A DNA stretch of 64,000 bases from positions 98,022,001 to 98,086,000 of the forward strand of contig NC_042998.1 of assembly GCF_006345805.1 (NCBI RefSeq), read 5' to 3'. Both the position numbers and the translations under genes were made by a program. Origin of the DNA: Octopus sinensis. Taxonomy: Eukaryota. Numbering within the stretch: position 1 is the first letter of the stretch; each line of letters opens with the position of its first letter. This document shows positions 25,831 to 38,414 of the stretch, piece after piece. The notes beneath the pieces are model-generated. The model saw only the letters and a list, made by a program, of their open reading frames with translations, was not told the DNA's origin and ran no database searches.

Positions 25831-26965
25831 ATAAAAAGTCTGCCAGCTAAGTTCTGTTTCTGGTTCTTACTAGTTCTCTGATTTTGCTTTCATAAAGATA
25901 ATGAGCGTTGCAGTTCCAATTATTCCACTAAAATTAAAGGGTTTAATTACCCATTAATGGATGTCTCTGATCATGAAAGGTAATTGACAATTTTTAATCA
26001 ATATTTTTATAGGGGACTTCAATATTTTCAAACAACTCAAAGATATGAAACAAAAACTAATGTTTGTTCTTTGTTTATTCTAACAATGAAAATACAACAA
26101 ATACATATAAAGCACAAATTTAAACTAAAATTAAGGGGAGGCAAGGTGAGAATAGGTAAACAATTATATAATAGAACTCTAGGATTCACTCACAAGTCAA
26201 ATGCACAGTAAATGACATCATTGCAAGAGTCTAAACTAATGACAATATATAACCTATAACCCACGTCATCAGAGAGTAATCACAGGTGAAAACATTGTCC
26301 AGAATAAAAATATAGAGCAAAAGTATTGCATAGTTATATACTAATAAAAATTCACAATTATAACCATGAGAAGTCTATATTCATGGATCATGAGACTGAA
26401 AAACAATGACAGTGCGAAGCTGTTTATACAGTAAAATAGATAGAAATAGTTTGCACAGACAAAAAACAGGACAAAACAAATGTACCTTGCAGGAAACTAA
26501 GGAAGATAGTTGTTGAATGCTCAACGGTTGAATAGGTTATTGGAGAAACGTGTACCTAATAAGTTTTGATAAAGAAGTTGGCATGCCTTTCTAAAATTGT
26601 TAGTGCTGATTTTATTTACTTTTTTTTTTACTGAGTATTGCTAATTAATTGCTTAACAATATTTCCCTAAAAGACACTGATTTAACATTCAATGGGTTAA
26701 GGAGAAAGATTGATTTATTAAATTTCAAATAGAATGAAACCTTATGTGAAGGTAATTCAAATATTCTTTTATCGTGAACTTTCTAAAAGGAGAAGCACCA
26801 TTTTTTTTTTAAAGCTCTTCAGCCATTTATGTAAAATTTTCTTATTAACTAACAAAAGGTTTTTCCAAGTTGGATACTTCACTAATGATTCAATATTAAG
26901 AAATTAATATGTAATTTCATAAGAAACAACAGCTAAACTTCAGTGGATAAACAATTTTAACAATA

Positions 26966-27130
26966 GGCGCAGGAGTGGCTGTGTGGTAAGTAGCTTGCTA
27001 ACCAACCACATGGTTCCGGGGTCAGTCCCACTGCATGACATCTTGGGCAAGTATCTTCTGCTATAGCCCCGGGCCGACCAATGCCTTGTGAGTGGATTTG
27101 GGAGACGGAAACTGAAAGAAGCCTGTCGTG

Positions 27131-27192
<62 letters not shown>

Positions 27193-27412
27193 TGTGTGTA
27201 TGTATGTGTTTGTCCCCCTAGCATTGCTTGACAACTGATGCTGGTGTGGTTACGTCCCCGTCACTTAGCGGTTCGGCAAAAGAGACCGATAGAATAAGTA
27301 CTGGGCTTACGAAGAATAAGTCCCGGGGTCGATTTGCTTGACTAAAGGCGGTGCTCCAGCATGGCCGCAGTCAAATGACTGAAACAAGTAAAAGAGTAAA
27401 AAGAAAGAGTAA
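26966..27412 (+). mobile_element. Full-length tRNA-derived SINE (octopus OK/OR-like), best-preserved copy
   Basis: Head GGCGCAGGAGTGGCTGTGTGGTAAG (A box), GGGTCAGTCCC (B-box variant), central (TA)n at about 27135-27190, many CpGs retained, tail GACTGAAACAAGTAAAAGAGTAAAAAG. Confidence 0.92.
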
Positions 27413-30400
27413 ATATAATCTTGGGTGATTTTATTCCCATACTCCTAGTAAAGATGTATTGAATCAAACACAGAGCTATCTCAGACATTTACATGAAAAC
27501 TAGATTGATGTCTTTTCCTACTGTATACACCAAACAGATTGCTTCTTATAAAATAGGTGATTATGAAAATGACAGTTCTCACATTGCAGATATAACAAGT
27601 TAAACACAACACAAAATTCAGCAGATTTTATCTGATGCAACCAACTGCAACAAGGGAAACACTGCAGACAGCTCCGCACAAAGCTTACAGTTTTATGGTG
27701 ACATATTCAATATAAATCTATTGCAAGCTATTTTAGAATAAAGCATTTCTGTTTCATTTTTTACCATGTCACCCGAAAAGAGAAGGAAATTAACTGTGTT
27801 ATTCATTTCTCTCTCTCCCGCTCTAATTTTCTCTAGTATACAGGCATTATTTAATGACTATTTTGTCCTTGATAATAATATTTGTTTAGTCTAAGATATG
27901 CCTCTTAACATTCCTTAATGCTATCACTTATTTCTTTCCACTGACTTGTACAGCTGTTAAACAGAAACTTATTACAGTCTTTTCATATATCAAACAACTT
28001 AATTTTAAGTACCATATTGTGATTATGAAATTTCTTTTTAAAAACTTAGTGATGTCAGTAAAATTTACTAAAGTGCACAGTCTTATAAATTTCACCATTG
28101 TCTTTGACAAGTTTATAATCAAAGTGTCATAATAGAGTAATACAAAGTTCAAATCAAGGGGAATGATACAATCCTTTTCATATACTTGGCACCAGTAGGT
28201 AGATATTTTCTTTTTATGTTTAAATATATAAACACAATGATGAAAAAAGATCTTTCATCATGAAATAATACACTGACAGTCTTCAATGTGTGACAGACAT
28301 ATCTTTCTCTAGCTTTCTCAATCATTAGAACCATTACCTCACCACTGTTGTCCTTATTAATCACAAGGTTCAAATATGTTTCATCAGGATTAATCTGATT
28401 ATTACGTAAGTATTCACAAGTAAACAGAAGGAAAAGATATTTGTCAGTATTTAGGATCTGATGAACAGCATCATCATTCTCAACATATGAAAGGCATTTC
28501 TTATTCAATCTTGCTGTAACACTTTCTGAAATTACTTTAAAGCCGTTTAGTAATAAAACTAATGATGTCTCGAAAAAAGTGAACTTCCTATTCTGATTAC
28601 ATCTTTGCCATCAAAATTTGTTTTCACAGGTATATTATACAATATACACAAATATGATATATTCAGCAGTAGACTGGTGTCTACATTGTTCTAAGGCAAA
28701 CTTAACATACAATACTCATGCAAAAATACTTTTAGCATTATTTAAATACTTATACCTTTCACATACACTCACTTTGAGCTGTCACTTTTCTCATAATATT
28801 ATAATTCTAATTATTAAAGATCTGTTTATTTATTTGCCTTTTAAATATTACAGTACACAAATAGTACTACTTTAAAACCTTAGCTAACATAAAACTGACT
28901 TCAAGAATATTAGAGAACTTGTCATTGGCTTCCATTTGTTTGTTTAACTACCTGGCTAGTAATTGATGCAATGTTCTAGAGAGTTAAAAAAAAACAATCT
29001 ATTTTAATGTACTTTAAAGTACACATAGGTATGTTCTGCTGAAGTATTGGTTAGTAGCTATGATCTAGCTGTGCAATATAAAGTTATCACTATATATTCT
29101 GTGAGAGTGAAGAGATCAAGTATGCACATCAAGTCTGAAAGTCAATCATGATAACATAATGGTTATCACTTTTCAAAGTAATATCATTTGTTAAAAAAAT
29201 CTCACTAAACATGTTTAATTCAAATGCATATTGGAGACAAGTACCATTCAGATAGGGGTGGGGTTAAATTAAATATACACTTTCATGAACATTTTTGCAG
29301 AACACCAAATGAAAATGAGCATTACATACCTGACATACAATCTGACAGATAAAAATGGAAAAAGAGAAAACATGATTTTGTGAAAGCTGAAGGAATCAAA
29401 ATTATGAAAATGCTCTCATATGGAAGGAAATATAATTACATAGAAGGGAAATATTTTTTAAATGATTAATAATTTTTTTTTTTAAATCATAATACAAACA
29501 ATTTAAATTGAAGAACAAAAAAGATAATGTGAGATAAACACAAGCTGTTTATATTATATTGTCTTGTGAAAATATCTATTAAGTAAATTGATCAGCAATG
29601 CATGAAGGGCTCACCAGGATACTTGACAGAAGATATTCTATTGAGATATGTACTGACAGTCTAAGGTTGGAATGATTGATTATCCAAGTTCAGAAGGTAA
29701 TAGATAAGGTTAAACATTTATCTTTATATCAACTCATTAATCTTTAACTAGGTTTCTACATCTATATACCAAATGTTTTCAATGTATACCAAACAAATAA
29801 GAAGTTTAACCTTTAGCACACTGTAGGTGTATCATGTTACTGTGTGAGTTTTCTTCCCTGTAGTAACAAAGCAGTGATTCTAAAGAAAATGCAGTTGCTA
29901 AAAGTTAAGGCTTAACATAAATACAAGTAAATATGATGAGAACGGAATATGATACTGTTTGGTATACAACTCAATTTGGGAAATCATTAAAAATATCTGT
30001 AGAAAATGATTTATGTCAGTAATATAGTTAGATTGGCTTTGCTTAGAATATAATTTTTATTTCATAAAAAAGACAGACTTTTACTAGATAAAAGCAAATT
30101 TAAAAACAGAAAAAAAATTATAATAAAAAAAAACACACCCTAAATTCCCCACTTCAAACAAAACTCATAAAATTAATCTCTAAAAATTATGGAAAATGAT
30201 AAAACCTATTCTTGTCCAATAATCATAATTAACATCAAATACAGAGGAAAATTTTGTGGAGGTGTTTGTGAAAATCCCCTGAATATAAATTAAGTATTCA
30301 AGCAAGTAATATTTTCTTTTTATGCTTGTTTGTATCACTAAAATGTTACTACGTGACAATTAAGAATCTTTAACCAAATATGAGTTCAATGACATGACCA

Positions 30401-31598
30401 TATCCTACATAAAAAATAGACATTAAGTATATATAATTTATTGTACACATTGACTTGAAAAGCTATAGAGATGTCTCTATGATAGTTAATTAATAGTAAA
30501 CAAGGGTTTATATTAAGTAAATGAAGTTGATTAATAGAAAACAATTATGAAGCACAATTATCTCAAAATTTAAAAAAAACAAATGTTTCTGACTGATTAT
30601 TGTTGTAACAAAAGTATAACGTTTCAAGATCAATCTAAAGACATTATGTACAAGTGTCAAAAGAAGAAACGACAGAAAATTAAACACTCCATTATTGATG
30701 TCATTACATTCTGGTTTGAGTTAAAATGGCTGACAGTAAAATTTCATGTCAATCTACAACACTTTTCTGTAACTGAGGCTAACAAAGTACTACAATTTAG
30801 TAGCCCAACTTGTTCAATATGACAGGCAGCTGTTAGCCATATTTAAAGTTAAGTTATGCTTAGGACTTAGTCCTAAATGTTATATCAGTATGATCACACT
30901 GGAATATCTACAGTTAGAAACACCAGTCATCTCTATGATTATTACTCATCTGCTCAGATGGAGCTGACTCATACAGCTGTGCAACATTCCTGGTCGCTCA
31001 TAGATTAGCATAGATAAGAGGATTCTGAAAATCTGGACCTAATGAATCAAATTTTCTTTTCATTTTTATCTTATTTTTATAGCAGAATGTCTTTCTTAAT
31101 CATTCAACCATGAAAGCTTCTTATATTTTACAACATGTATTGGAACCAATTAAGATTATGTTCAATCTAGAAACACAATACAATAATCATTACTGGATTT
31201 ACCTGTGGAATGAAAATTTAGGTATCCTGCACATTCTTCAAATGCAGATGAATGTAAGACTGTGATTAATAACCAGGATAATAATGAGTATAGTCTTTGA
31301 GATATCATGATACAGCTCAGCACAGAAGAAATGCATAAATAGAAGTGATGTCTGTGATGTCTAATTATGAATTAATCATTTTTTTAATCAACACAAAATA
31401 AAAAAATATTTTATAAAAAATAAAAATGTCTCTTTTCCAAATTTAACTATTCCCAGAATAATATTTTTCTATAAAATTAAGGTAATAATTACAACTTTTT
31501 CCTTTAGTTTTAATATTGAAAGTTATCTATACATTTGTTACAGTTAGTTGGAAAGCTTACTTAAGAAAAAATAAAAATGAAAACAATCTTTAGCTTAC

Positions 31599-31767
31599 CT
31601 AGTATGTCCGTGAATATCATTACTTAAACTTGACTGCCGACTATGACCAAGAGATCCATATCCGGAACCTCGCGAATGTTGACTGGCATAGCTAGAATTT
31701 CGGGAATGGCTCTTCTCAAAATCGACATCACGGGCTCCTTCTGGATCAGTTAAAATAGGAGGAACCT
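31599..31767 (-). CDS. FAM102A: FAM102A/EEIG1 internal exon (HSRNSSYAS motif)
   Basis: Acceptor TACTTTCAG, donor GTAAGC; 169 nt, phase 1 to 2. Encodes EVPPILTDPEGARDVDFEKSHSRNSSYASQHSRGSGYGSLGHSRQSSLSNDIHGHT, matching the family motif HSRNSSYASQ.S..SGY...HSR.SS. Confidence 0.92.
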
Positions 31768-32434
31768 CTGAAAGTACACACACACAAAAAAAAAAAAAAG
31801 AGATCAGAATTGTAAATTAGAAAGTAGCACTTCCATAGAGGTCAACAAATAAATATCAATATACCTAAATATTTCAAACAAAGTAATATAAATACTGATG
31901 GAACGTCTTTCTGGACTATTAAAATTATCTTTTCTCTGTTGTAAAAATTCAACAGCCTTATAGCAAAGTGACCATGAACAAGAACCTGGCATGAAATAAA
32001 TATTCAGCACTTCAAGCATGATCATAAGGGCAGAGGTACTTAAACATTGTAAATTTGGTACCTCCTGACAAACTGCAAAAAGTAGCATTTTGCAAAACAG
32101 AAAAGATGAAATTAAGTGTTAGAAAAGTCCCACATTTATTTTATCTACACAGCCAAGTTGTGGGAGTACTATAACATACATTGTAATCTCAAACCTATTT
32201 TAATTTTGTATATGTATGCAAGGCAGTACAATTCACTCCATATGGTTTAGCTTACTTAGATGCCAGGATTTAGTCACCACATAAACATGCACATGTTAAA
32301 ATGTGCACACACATGCACTCCAAAATGCATACACAGAAGGCATTAGCCCATGCACAATTGCAGATACACAGATACATATACACATTGGTTATACTTTCTC
32401 AATATTTACAAACAAATTCTTAAGTAAATCTTAC

Positions 32435-32589
32435 CAAGTGGAGCAATGTTCGGTTTGTCTTTTCTAGGTAAACTACCAAAACCACTACTGTTCGAAGCAA
32501 GGCTTCCTTCACTACTGTCCACTTTATTTTCAATGCCATGGTCAGCTCTCAAGTCTGCTGAAAATGTAACTGACTGAGGAAGTTTTTCC
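32435..32589 (-). CDS. FAM102A: FAM102A/EEIG1 internal exon (Ser-rich linker)
   Basis: Acceptor TTTTTCAG, donor GTAAGA; 155 nt, phase 2 to 1, compatible with both neighbours. Encodes EKLPQSVTFSADLRADHGIENKVDSSEGSLASNSSGFGSLPRKDKPNIAPL; the GSLAS.SSGFGSLP.K motif is recalled from invertebrate FAM102 proteins. Confidence 0.85.
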
Positions 32590-32839
32590 CTGAAAAACAC
32601 AAAATAGTTTATTTAAAATAGTTTATTTAAAATCATTACTCTCAAAGTTTAACAGAAAAAAGTAAAGTTTCCTTCTTGAGTCATATGGATTCATAAGAGC
32701 CAGTTTCCTGACTTCCATAGCATATATATATATTACCCACCTGAACAGGATGTTGATGCATTGCAGGATTACTCATTTTTGCTAGCTTTGATTTTTTTTT
32801 TTGTCTTGCAAGGTACTTTTTTTGTCTTGCAAGGTACGT

Positions 32840-33092
32840 CCACTCTGTAAAGTGGTTGGCATTTGGAAAGGCATCCAGCTATAAAAACCTTACCAAAACT
32901 GACCTCGTCTGTGCTAGTGCCATGTAAAAAGCACTAAGTCTACACTACTGAGTTGTTGGTGTTAGGAAGAGCATCCAGCTGTAAAAGTTCTGCCAAAACA
33001 GTTACAGAAATCTGGTGCAGGCTTCTGCCATTTCAGCTCTTGTTAAACCATCCCACCCATGCCAGCATGGAAGACAGATATTAAACAATGAT
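32840..33092 (+). mobile_element. RTE-tail SINE fragment(s)
   Basis: Two partial units of GTGGTTGGC.TT.GGAA.GGCATCCAGCT, ending ACCCATGCCAGCATGGAAGACAG...ATGATGA. Confidence 0.8.
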
Positions 33093-33530
33093 GAATGGAC
33101 TGAAGCAACATGAACTAAAGTGTTTTGCTTAAGAATACGTGTTGCCCAGTCCAGGAATCGAAACCACAATCTTAATTAGTGCTAATGTTTAAGTTCATTA
33201 CTCATGATTACTTGTATATATTGTTTTTGTTTTTCTTAAACGTGTTTTTCCATGTTGGTATGGTTTAGATGAAAACTAATTTGCAGTAGTATTTTACAGT
33301 TAGACTTCTTTCTGGTCACTAATCCTTATCTACTTTCCAAATAAGGAATTTTTTAATTCCATTCTTCAAAAGTGCAGAGCTACAGAATGCAGTTTTTAAA
33401 GAAAATCAACAGACACACAAAAATTCCATACAGTTTTTATCTACCCTTTCTACTCGCAAGGCACTGGTTTGGCCTGAGGCCAATGTACAAAGCACTTGTC
33501 CAAGGCATCAGGCATACAGTAGATGCCAAT

Positions 33531-34562
33531 CATCATCATCATCTTTTGATGTCGGTTTTCCATGCTGGCATGGGTTGGACGGTTTGACTGTGGTCTGGAA
33601 AGCCAGTGGTTGCTCAATGCTCCAATCTGATCTGGCAATGTTTCTACAGCTGGATGTTCTTCCTAATGCCAACCACTCTGAGAAAGTAGTGGGTACTTTT
33701 TACATGCCACCAGCACAGGAGCCAGTCAGGCAGCCCTAGCATCATCAATCACGTTCAGATAGTGCTTTTTACGTTCCACAGGCACGAGAGCCTGTCGCAG
33801 GGCACTGCAATTGGCCACGTTCAGATGGTGCTTTTTACATGCCACAGCCATAGGAGCCAGTCAAGGGACACTGGCATCGACCACATTCAGATGATGCATT
33901 TTACATGCCACTGGAACAGGAACTAGTCAGGGGGTATTGGCCACAGCTATGATTTTAGTTTTACTTGACTAAACAGGTTTTCTCATGCATATCATATCAC
34001 CTAATGCATCAAGGGTACTCTTAAATGGGCCTGACAGGCAACACTGGCATCGGCCATGGCTGTGATCTCAGTTGCCAGGTCTTCTCAATCACAGCATATC
34101 TCCAAAGGTCTCGGTCTCCTGTCATTGTCTCTGTGAGGCCCAACACTCAAAGGTCATGATTCACCACCTAATCCCATGTCTTCCTGGGTCTACCTCTTCC
34201 ACAGGTTTCTTCCACAGTTAGGGAGTGGCACTTTCTCACAGAGCTGTCTTCATCCATACGTAACACATGACCACACCAGCACAGTTGTCTCTCTTGGAAC
34301 ACCACATTTGATGTTTCTTATGCCCAACTTTTCTCTCAAGGTGCTTACACTTTGTTATGTATGCACACTGACTACACATTGAGCAGATCATACTAACTTC
34401 AGTTCTATCAAGTTTACACATGTCCTCAGCAGTCATAGCCTATGTTTCACTGCCGTGTAGCATGGCAGTTTGGATGCATGCATCATACAGTCTACCTTTC
34501 ATCCTGAGCAAGAGGCCCTTAGTTGCCAGCAGAGGTAGGAGCTCCTGAATTTTGCCCAGGCA
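33531..34562 (-). mobile_element. 5'-truncated RTE-clade LINE (ORF C-terminus and 3' UTR)
   Basis: Minus-strand remnant TAEDMCKLDRTEVSM... with RGRPRKTWD-type region (GGAAGAGGTAGACCCAGGAAGACATGGGAT), tandem 66-bp repeats in the 3' UTR, (GAT)n tail. Confidence 0.88.
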
Positions 34563-35827
34563 ATTCTATGAAAACCTGTTTAATTATAATTATGCCATTT
34601 GTGCAATTAAATATGGCTTAGACCAGCGTGAGAAGCTGATAAAAAGATATTGGACAAGTATAAGAGAGACAATAAGTCTTGTTGCGGATTTAGGGTTCGA
34701 TGTCTAACCATATTGACAGATGAGGTGACAGAGATACACACTTAGCTGGACAGATAAACCCTTGAAACTGCAAAGGTACCGTACTCAAAACTTAGCCAAG
34801 TTGTTTGGAATACACTAATGTATTGTATCTTTAATTTTATACAAATACCTATTATATCATAAATAAACATGAACAAAAATAATTTTATTCATATTTAGCT
34901 CACACACACACAATAAATTGATTGTTATGCACTCCTTTGTTACCCTCTAAAGCAAAACCATTTTAACCATTTTGAAGTGATTATATTTATTAAATGACGT
35001 CTAAAAGAAAGAAACCAGAAAAAAATTGTTTCTCAATGAAAGAAAATCCTATTTTGATTAAGTTTACAAAAACAATGTTATGTTCAATGTAACTCCATAA
35101 CTGATAAAACAATGTTGTCCTTCACTTTGATACTACTTAAGAATCAGCTGTACTTTTAGGTAATGAAGAGAGTCATATTACTGTAACTGCTTAATTCTAT
35201 TCAACATAAAATAGACTTGGAAAATGTACAAGTAATGACTCATTGAAGGTTGACTCACATTTTGCAATAAGCAGTTTAACCATTGTCATCATCACCATCC
35301 TTTCAAATCTGTCTTCCATGGGAGCGACAGTTTAATAGAATCCAACAAGTCAAAGAAGTGCACCAAGCTCCAATATCTGCTTTAGTGTGATTTCTATGGC
35401 TGGATGTCTTTCCTAAGGTCAAAGTGTACTGTGTGCAATTTTCAGACCACCAACACTGGAGGTTGCCAAGTAACATACAAAAAGCAGCCTTCCATTGCAT
35501 GAGTGCAATAGAGATGGTGGCAACTTTATGCCAGTGTAAAAGGCTAATGTGTGATAAAGAGACAGGAGCAAGTGTCTTGTTATAGAGAAAATACATGGCT
35601 ACCTTGCTTTATACATAATATAAGGAAAGATAAAAATGGTGGCTTATAAACCTTTTCCTTCTCCACACTACCCTTAAATTCTTGATGAAAGACGAGCATT
35701 CAAAGCAAGATTCTTTCCCTTCCTCTCAAGTGTTACAATAATAACACTTCTATTTAAACCTGTCCCTCTTGTGTTGTCTTTTCTATATACATATATATAT
35801 TGTGTGTGTGTATGTGTGTGTGTGTGT

Positions 35828-35859
<32 letters not shown>

Positions 35860-36000
35860 AACAAATAGACAGACCTGAACAAATGCACAAAAGCAATAAA
35901 CTAGGAAGTGAATCATCAAATTCAAATAAACTCTACCTGGTTGAGTGCTTTTCCCTAACCCATTTGTACACCCAGACATACCTATGTGTGTATAGGCATG

Positions 36001-37806
36001 CATCATCATCATCGTTTAACATCTGTTTAATATCTGTTTTCCATGCTGGCATGGGTTGGACGGTTTGACTGAGGACTGGCAAGCCAGGAGGCTGCACCAG
36101 GTTCCAATCTGATTTGGCAAGGTTTCTACAACTGAGTGCTCTTCATAATGCCAACCACTCCGAGAGTGTAGTAGGTGCATTTTATGTGCCAGTGGCATGG
36201 GAGGCAGTCAGGCAGCACTGGCATCAGCCTTGCTTGAATGGTGTTTTTTACTTGCCACCAGCATGGGTGCCAGTCAGGCAGCACTGGCATTAACAATGCT
36301 TGAATGGTGCCTTTTACATGCCACTGTCATGGGTGCCAGTCAGGTGGCACTGGCCACGACTATGATTTCACTCGGTTTGGCAGGTCTTCAGAAGCACAGC
36401 ATATTGCCCAATGAAAGAAGGGTGCTTTTAAACAGGCCAGTTATGTGACATGAACATTGAACACAACTATGATCTCACTTGGCTTGCCGGGTCTTCTCAA
36501 GCACAGCATATCTCCAGAAGTCTCAGTTACTTGTCATTGCCTGTGTGAGGCCCAACGTTCAACGGTCATGCTTCACCACCTCATCCCATGTCTTCCTGGG
36601 TCTACCTCTTCCACAGGTTCCCTCCACTATTAGGGTGTGACACTTCTTTACACAGCGGTCCTCATCCATACCCTAACCATGACTATACCTGCACAGTCGT
36701 CTCTCTTACAACATCAGATGATTCTTATGTCCAACTTTTCTGTTGGGGCAATTATATGCTGTTGTGTATGCACACTGACATTACACACCCAGTGGAGCAT
36801 ACTGGCTTCATTTATTTCAAACCTACGCATGTCCTCAGCAGTCATAGCCCATGTTTCACTGCTATGTAGCATGGCTGTTCACACACAGGCAGCTCTCTGA
36901 ACTTTGCCTGGGCTATTATTTTACAGCTACGCTCTCAGAGCATCCATCCCAGCTGCTGACTTGGTCACCTAGGTAACGGAAGCTATCAACTACTAGTTTT
37001 TCCCCTTGGCATGTAATGGAATCTGTTTTCTGTACATCTTTGGTGTTTATTACATCTGTGCATCTGCCATGCACAAAAACTATCTTCCCTGTTGACCTTC
37101 CTTTAATATTGCTGCACTTCTTATGTGTCCATAGCTTACATCGGGTACATCCTATTGAGTTTCTACCTATGCCTTTTCAACAGATTGAGTAGGGCCATCT
37201 ATCTAAAGGGATTTGTGATTTGTCCGCCTTCATACTTATTAAGACTTTGGCTTTTGTTAGGTTAACTCTAAGGCCCTTTGATTCTAGACCTTGCTTCCAC
37301 ACCTGAAATTTCTTCTCTAGTTTTGATAGTGACTCAGCTATTAGAGCAAAGTCATCAGCAAAGAGGAGATCCCAGGGGCAGCCTGTCTTGAATTCCTCTG
37401 TTATTACCCAGAGGACTATAATGAATAAGAGGGGGCTGAGGACTGATCCTAACCTCTACTTCTACCTGGAATTCTTTGCTATAGTTGTTGCTAACCCTCA
37501 CCTTACTGACATCCCTGTACATGGCTTGTACAGCTATCACTAACCACTTATCTATCCTTAGTTTCTGCATTGTCCACCAAATAAGGAAACAGGGAAACCC
37601 TGTCAAAGGCTTTCTCCATGTCAACAAAAGCCAAGCATAGAGGTTTATCTTTAGCTAGGAATTTTTCCTGCAGCTGTCTTACAAGAAATATAACATCAGC
37701 AGTGTTTCTCCCTGGTACAAACCCAAACTGCATCTAAATTAACTCTCTCCCTAATTAGTTGGGTTATGACTCTCTCCATGACTTTCATCAACTGATCCAA
37801 CAATTT
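36001..37806 (-). mobile_element. 5'-truncated RTE-clade LINE with reverse-transcriptase domain remnant
   Basis: QFGFVPGRNTADVIFLVRQLQEKFLAKDKPLCLAFVDMEKAFDRV, then WWTMQKLRIDKWLVIAVQAMY..., frameshifted; C-terminus and 3' UTR colinear with the 33531 copy; (GAT)n tail. Confidence 0.92.
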
Positions 37807-37824
37807 GAAACATACATACATACA

Positions 37825-37859
<35 letters not shown>

Positions 37860-38258
37860 ATACAGAAACACAGAGAAATACTAATAAACGAATATTATCA
37901 ATACTCATGAAACTAGGTATAATGTTAAAAAAATTTTAAACCACAAACAGCTAACTTGAAATACTGTATTTCTGAGATATTTTCTTTGAAGTTCATCTAT
38001 GCTAATCAGTATCACATAGATGTTTCTACACACACTACTTGTAATTCCTTAATTTCTATCCAGTCATATTTGCCTAATTTGCTATATGTGTCCTAACTCC
38101 TTTAGATCAGGTTTAACTTCCTTTTAACTAAGTATTTCACAGTATGCATCAGCTGTTTTTCTTAACTACAAACATACATACAGGTGAGCACATAAGTGCA
38201 AAACAAGGTGGAAAAAATAGTACTTGAATACCAAAGGTAGAGTAATATGCTTTTTACT

Positions 38259-38414
38259 AAAGCTGCAAAAATTATCACAGAACTGTTACTCAGAGTTTCA
38301 TATTCCCATTTGCCAGACAGTTGTGATGAAAGCTGAATTTGGTTTTCATCACAACTGTCCAATGAATAGGGATGTGAAACTGAGTAACAGTTTTGCGATA
38401 ATTTTTGCAGCTTT
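38259..38414. repeat. Fold-back inverted repeat (75/73-nt arms, 8-nt loop), probably MITE-derived
   Basis: Arms 38259-38333 and 38342-38414 are complementary at 62 of 73 aligned positions plus one 2-nt indel. Confidence 0.93.

Noticed and set aside
31804-32088. ORF beginning ...CQEVPN as an alternative or duplicated FAM102A exon
   Set aside because: Similarity to the true exon is limited to EVP, with no family motif and no convincing donor site.
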